Assembly (NCBI GenBank): GCA_046761065.1
Contig: JBHIFL010000075.1
Location: 1 to 19,724, forward strand
DNA length: 19,724 nucleotides
Origin: Candidatus Heimdallarchaeota archaeon
GTDB taxonomy: Archaea; Asgardarchaeota; Wukongarchaeia; Wukongarchaeales; JBHIFL01
Direction of reading: 5' to 3'
The position numbers and the translations under genes are program-made. The number at the start of each line of letters is the position of its first letter. Position 1 is the stretch's first letter. The notes below the pieces were generated by a model. The model searched no databases. It was not told the origin of the DNA and was given only the letters and a program-made list of their open reading frames with translations. Positions 15,711-19,724 of the stretch are shown here, in pieces.

Positions 15711-17840
15711 ATGGAAAACACTTTAAAGAAAATCTTTAATCCGCGATCAATTGCAATCATTGGGGCTTCAGAAGTTCCGGGAAAAGCAGCCGAGCGAAGA
15801 ACAAGAAGTCTAATCGAAGGGGGGTATGATGGAAAGATATTCCTCATAAATCCGAAAAGAGAGAGAGTATTTAACAGAAAAGCGTATCCATCAATCTTAC
15901 ACATAGAAGATCCTGTGGATCTAGTTATAATAATCATCCCTGCTAAGTTTATACCTCGGGTTGTGGCCGATAGTGTCAAAATGGGAGCAAAAGGGATTGT
16001 GATCATCACTGCAGGATTGGGCGAGACCGGCGTAGAAGGGAAAAAGACAGAAGAAGAGATATTACATATTGCTGAGCAGGGAGGAGCTAGGATCATAGGT
16101 CCTAACTGTTCAGGGATGTTCTCAGCTTCAGCTCATATGAACCTTTTAGGAGTTCCCCTCATCAAAATGGGGCCTTTTTCTATCATTGCCCAAAGTGGAA
16201 ATATTATCGATTCCCTTACTCACTATGGTAAACTGAGAAATGCAGGTTTTAGCAAGATCATATCTGCTGGAAATGCCATAGGGGTGAAATTCCATGAGTA
16301 TATCGAATATTTAAACCAAGATGAAAATACGAAGGTAATCATGATGTATCTGGAGGGAATAAAAGAAGGAGATAAACTTGTCCAAGTGGCAAGAGAGGTG
16401 TCAAAAAATAAACCCATTGTGGCCTTAAAAGTTGGAAGGAGTAAAGCCGGGAGTCGGGCAGCTGCCTCCCATACTGGCTCTTTAGCAGGGGATGATGCCA
16501 TCATAGACGCTGCATTCAGACAGGGGGGGATAATTCGGGTCTCTAATGTAGATGAATTGTTTGATGTGGCGTTGTGTTTTGCCAATCTTCCCTATCCGAA
16601 AGGGAAGAAGGTTGCTATTATCTCAGAAGGGGGAGGAGATAACTCTGTAGCAGCTGATAATGCTGAAAAATACGGGCTTGAGGTTCCTATCCTCCCAGAA
16701 CCTACCCAAGAAAAGATCCGCCCCTATCTTCTCCGAGGTATGCCTGCCAGCAACCCTGTGGATTATGGAGGAACTGCTGAAGAAAATCCTGAGATCATCA
16801 ACCAAGTCGTAAGCGTTCTGATGACGGAAGAATTGGTGGATTCGATATACATCACCGGCTTTTTTGGAGGATTTAAAGAAATCATTACTCCTCGTGTAGG
16901 AGAGTTAGAAGAAAAGACCTCACAGGAGTTAGTTCGATTGCTTCATGCATATCAAAAACCGATTGTGGTTCATTCCTCTTTTGCCGATGAACCTTTCCGA
17001 TCCTTGGACATATTAAAGGAGAACGGAATATTTGTCACCGCATCTTCTGACCGAGCTGCCCAATGCCTGAGCTACCTATCCAATTTTTCCATCAAAATGG
17101 AGAAACTAAAAAGAGCTGCTTTTGTCGAAATCGATGAGATCGCCTTCAAGGAGGCAAGAGGAGTCATCAACAAAGTAAAGCAAGCAAAGAGACGTAATCT
17201 GTTGGAGACTGAGGCAAGGGAACTTCTGGAATACTATGGGATTACGTTACCCCGTGCATTATTGGCAAGAACTCGCGAAGAGGCAATAAAAGGCGCCAAA
17301 CAACTCGGATTTCCTGTTGCATTAAAAATCATATCCCCCGATATCAGCCACAAATCTGATGTGGGAGGAGTTATGTTAAATCTAAGAGAGGAAAGTAAGG
17401 TTGAAAGCGCCTTTGACCGAATCATAACCAATGCAGAGAAAGTGACCTCCCCTTCGAGGATTGTAGGGGTCTTAGTGTCTCCAATGGCGCCAAAGGGACA
17501 GGAATGCATCATAGGAATGGTGAGGAACCTGCAATTTGGCCCTGTCGTCATGTTTGGCCTTGGAGGTGTCTTTGTAGAGGTTTTAAAAGATGTATCCTTC
17601 AGAGTAACTCCGCTTACAGATTTAGATGTGGATGAAATGATTACAGAGATTAAAGGATATCCCTTACTTACAGGTATGAGGGGAGAGGCGCCAAAAGATA
17701 TCAGTACATTAAAGGATATTATTATCAGGATATCCAAGATGGTTCTTGATAATCCAGAAGTAAAAGAGGTGGATCTTAACCCAATCATAGCCCATGAAAG
17801 AAGTGCATCCATTGTGGATGCAAGAATAATCATTAAATAA
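15711..17840 (+). CDS. ADP-forming acyl-CoA synthetase (acetate--CoA ligase family), fused alpha-beta
   Basis: CoA-binding 'FNPRSIAIIGAS', 'RIIGPNC.G', 'QSG', phospho-His 'AASHTGSLAG', 'NPVD', ATP-grasp 'SHKSDVGGV', 'FGPVVMFGLGG', 'DLNP'. SD GGAG upstream. Confidence 0.95.
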   Translation: MENTLKKIFNPRSIAIIGASEVPGKAAERRTRSLIEGGYDGKIFLINPKRERVFNRKAYPSILHIEDPVDLVIIIIPAKFIPRVVADSVKMGAKGIVIITAGLGETGVEGKKTEEEILHIAEQGGARIIGPNCSGMFSASAHMNLLGVPLIKMGPFSIIAQSGNIIDSLTHYGKLRNAGFSKIISAGNAIGVKFHEYIEYLNQDENTKVIMMYLEGIKEGDKLVQVAREVSKNKPIVALKVGRSKAGSRAAASHTGSLAGDDAIIDAAFRQGGIIRVSNVDELFDVALCFANLPYPKGKKVAIISEGGGDNSVAADNAEKYGLEVPILPEPTQEKIRPYLLRGMPASNPVDYGGTAEENPEIINQVVSVLMTEELVDSIYITGFFGGFKEIITPRVGELEEKTSQELVRLLHAYQKPIVVHSSFADEPFRSLDILKENGIFVTASSDRAAQCLSYLSNFSIKMEKLKRAAFVEIDEIAFKEARGVINKVKQAKRRNLLETEARELLEYYGITLPRALLARTREEAIKGAKQLGFPVALKIISPDISHKSDVGGVMLNLREESKVESAFDRIITNAEKVTSPSRIVGVLVSPMAPKGQECIIGMVRNLQFGPVVMFGLGGVFVEVLKDVSFRVTPLTDLDVDEMITEIKGYPLLTGMRGEAPKDISTLKDIIIRISKMVLDNPEVKEVDLNPIIAHERSASIVDARIIIK

Positions 17841-17855
17841 CGGAGAGAAGAAGCA

Positions 17856-18620
17856 ATGAACTTTAAATGCATAATCTATGAAAAAGAGGGGAATATAGCA
17901 ATCATCAAATTTAACCGTCCCAAAGTATTAAATGCTATGAATAAGCAATTATGGCTTGATTTGCAAGAAGCGCTTCATGATGCAAAGGATGATGGAAAAA
18001 TAAAGGTGGTTATCATTACAGGAAAAGGGAGGGCCTTTTCTTCCGGAGCAGATCTGAAAGAATCAAAGGAAAGAACATTAAAGGCCTACAGGGAGTATCT
18101 GGTTCATCTTCAGGAGACATCCAGGGAGATAATAAGATATCCTAAACCCATAATTGCCGCAGTAAATGGGTATGCCTTAGGGAGTGGTTATGAGCTATCT
18201 TTGGCTTGCGATATTCGAATTGCTGCAGAAAGTGCAAAATTTGGCTCTCCTGAGGCCAAGGTTTCTTCATCTGTTACGGGGGGAGCTTTAAAACTTATCC
18301 AGGAGTTGGTGGGACTTGGCAAGGCAAAAGAGCTCCTCTTTACTTGTGAGTTTATTGATGGGGTTGAAGCTGAGCGAATAGGTCTGGTAAATAAGGTCGT
18401 CCCTGATGACCAGCTCATGGAAGCGGCAAAGACAATGGCAAAAAAGATAGCTGAAAATTCTCTTTTTTCCATAAACCTAATCAAGAAAGGACTCAACATA
18501 GCGAGAGAGGTGAGCTTAGAAGCTCTCATGGATTATGAGATTGAGGCTTGTCTGGCCACGGTTTCTACTCCTGAAAGGCAGGAAAAGTTGGAGGAATTTC
18601 AAGAGAGGAAGAAAAAATAA
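17856..18620 (+). CDS. Enoyl-CoA hydratase/isomerase (crotonase) family protein
   Basis: 'NRPKVLNA', oxyanion-hole 'AFSSGADL', and 'AAVNGYALGSGYELSLACDIRIAA...FGSPE' with both catalytic Glu. Starts 15 bp after the ACD stop, so probably co-transcribed. Confidence 0.95.
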   Translation: MNFKCIIYEKEGNIAIIKFNRPKVLNAMNKQLWLDLQEALHDAKDDGKIKVVIITGKGRAFSSGADLKESKERTLKAYREYLVHLQETSREIIRYPKPIIAAVNGYALGSGYELSLACDIRIAAESAKFGSPEAKVSSSVTGGALKLIQELVGLGKAKELLFTCEFIDGVEAERIGLVNKVVPDDQLMEAAKTMAKKIAENSLFSINLIKKGLNIAREVSLEALMDYEIEACLATVSTPERQEKLEEFQERKKK

Positions 18621-18675
18621 AAGGGCAATTCATTATAAAATCTATCAATTATACATGTGTTTTTTAACTGTTAAA

Positions 18676-19548
18676 TTAGAATAGTTCTTCTATCGATTTT
18701 CCTTTTCGCCTTGCTTCGGTTTCTAATGCCTCTCGCACAGCTTCCCGGATTAGATAGCCACTTCTGTGGAGGATAGTATCCTCTAACTCCGGATCCATCA
18801 TCATTGAGGCAGTACAGGGGTAGGAATGATGATTCTTTGAGATATATTGGGATTCCTGTATGGCCTCCAAGTCAACCCGGATTTCTTCTTTTGCCTTTTG
18901 CGCCTCTAACCACACCAAATCGAGAGGGGCCTCTCTCAATCGAGTAGCTACATAGTATGTTAGGCCACAGGGTGTGCTATTAAGGACTCGGACAATTTTC
19001 AAGCGCCCTTGTTCGATCTCAATTTCTAATTTGCTTCGCCCCACCTTAAACTGATAGATAAATGCATCTATCACTGGCGTACCACCTTCCATTGTGCAAA
19101 AAGGTTTTGGAAACACGCTTTCAATGCCAAGCTCATCTAATTCTTCTTTAATTTGGTTTTTAAGTCCCAATGGGACCCATGTGGGGTCTTCTATTGGAAC
19201 GATAGCCGCTTTGGCATTAGTTTGTTCAACTACATAGGGTAAGGCACTTAGTAAGTCCGGGTGAATACCGATCGCAAGTACCACATCCACAACAGGCATC
19301 TGCTTCGGCAGATACCGCTCAGGATTTTCAACAAAGGAGGGTAGGTTCTTAGGTAATCTATCAACTCCTTTAATGTTACCCGCAAACGAAGGCAAGGAAT
19401 TTCGGCAATGTTCACAAGCGAGATCACATGACATGCAAAAAGTCGGAAAATTAATCAAATTTCCAAGGCATCTCTCTCCAAACTCATCGGTATAGAGGAA
19501 ATACAAATCTAAGGGCTTATCCTTCAACTGTTTAGTTTGATCTTGCAT
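18676..19548 (-). CDS. DUF166-family Cys-rich protein
   Basis: Family motifs 'FVENPE.YLP', 'HPDL', 'PKPFC', 'STPCG.T.YVA', 'HHSYPCTASM..D....DTILH.SG'. ATG 19548 is preferred over TTG 19593 because TATA-like boxes lie at about 19580-19618. Confidence 0.82.
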   Translation of the reverse strand: MQDQTKQLKDKPLDLYFLYTDEFGERCLGNLINFPTFCMSCDLACEHCRNSLPSFAGNIKGVDRLPKNLPSFVENPERYLPKQMPVVDVVLAIGIHPDLLSALPYVVEQTNAKAAIVPIEDPTWVPLGLKNQIKEELDELGIESVFPKPFCTMEGGTPVIDAFIYQFKVGRSKLEIEIEQGRLKIVRVLNSTPCGLTYYVATRLREAPLDLVWLEAQKAKEEIRVDLEAIQESQYISKNHHSYPCTASMMMDPELEDTILHRSGYLIREAVREALETEARRKGKSIEELF

Positions 19549-19724
19549 CTTTTCTTCACAAACCTTGCCGATTTGAACCCTATAAATTATCAAAGATTTA
19601 CATTATTTCTATAAATTAATTAATGTCTAACTTGGCAAACTATTCGCTCGCTTTTGTAAATCAAGGATCTAAAACCAAAAAATAATCACCGCTCTGAGGA
19701 TCGTTGAAGCTCTCACCACCTGAA

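Noticed and set aside
17234-17872. 212-aa antisense ORF and the other short overlapping ORFs in the track (e.g. 14569-15030, 15692-16096, 8543-8887, 3598-3792)
   Set aside because: These are shadow frames of well-supported genes with no recognisable motifs of their own.
19661-19723. Possible 3' end of a minus-strand gene (SGGESFNDPQSGDYFLVLDP*)
   Set aside because: Only 20 codons are visible at the window edge, which is too little to support a call.
1-19724. Genome-wide TAG recoding or selenoprotein readthrough
   Set aside because: None of the 14 called CDSs has an internal stop, and hisC and the flippase end at TAG at plausible C-termini.

Overview
Archaeal chromosomal window, apparently TACK/Asgard-like. 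The evidence is an intein-free PolB3-type DNA polymerase with a C-terminal PIP box, a fused ADP-forming acyl-CoA synthetase, a DUF166 protein and BRE/TATA promoters; the lineage is an inference. There are 14 CDSs. (i) Envelope/lipid-tailoring block: UPF0104/LPG-synthase-TM flippase-like protein, GT4 glycosyltransferase, radical SAM/SPASM enzyme and a divergent ICMT/PEMT-family methyltransferase. (ii) HisC/CobD-like aminotransferase and PolB. (iii) ABC-2 exporter pair whose permease seems to start at a non-canonical ATA behind a perfect AGGAGGT Shine-Dalgarno (SD). (iv) Loosely organised catabolic block: class III aminotransferase, HpcH/HpaI aldolase with altered catalytic residues, D-2-hydroxyacid dehydrogenase, ADP-forming acyl-CoA synthetase plus enoyl-CoA hydratase, and DUF166. 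I found no rRNA, tRNA, transposase or true CRISPR array. The most interesting unannotated DNA is the 12593-13215 intergenic region. It holds a promoter, an operator-like palindrome, a densely structured ~105-nt leader (three-way junction plus a competing helix or pseudoknot) in front of the aminotransferase SD, and a 124-codon frame interrupted only by TAG codons. All structure and motif calls were made by eye.
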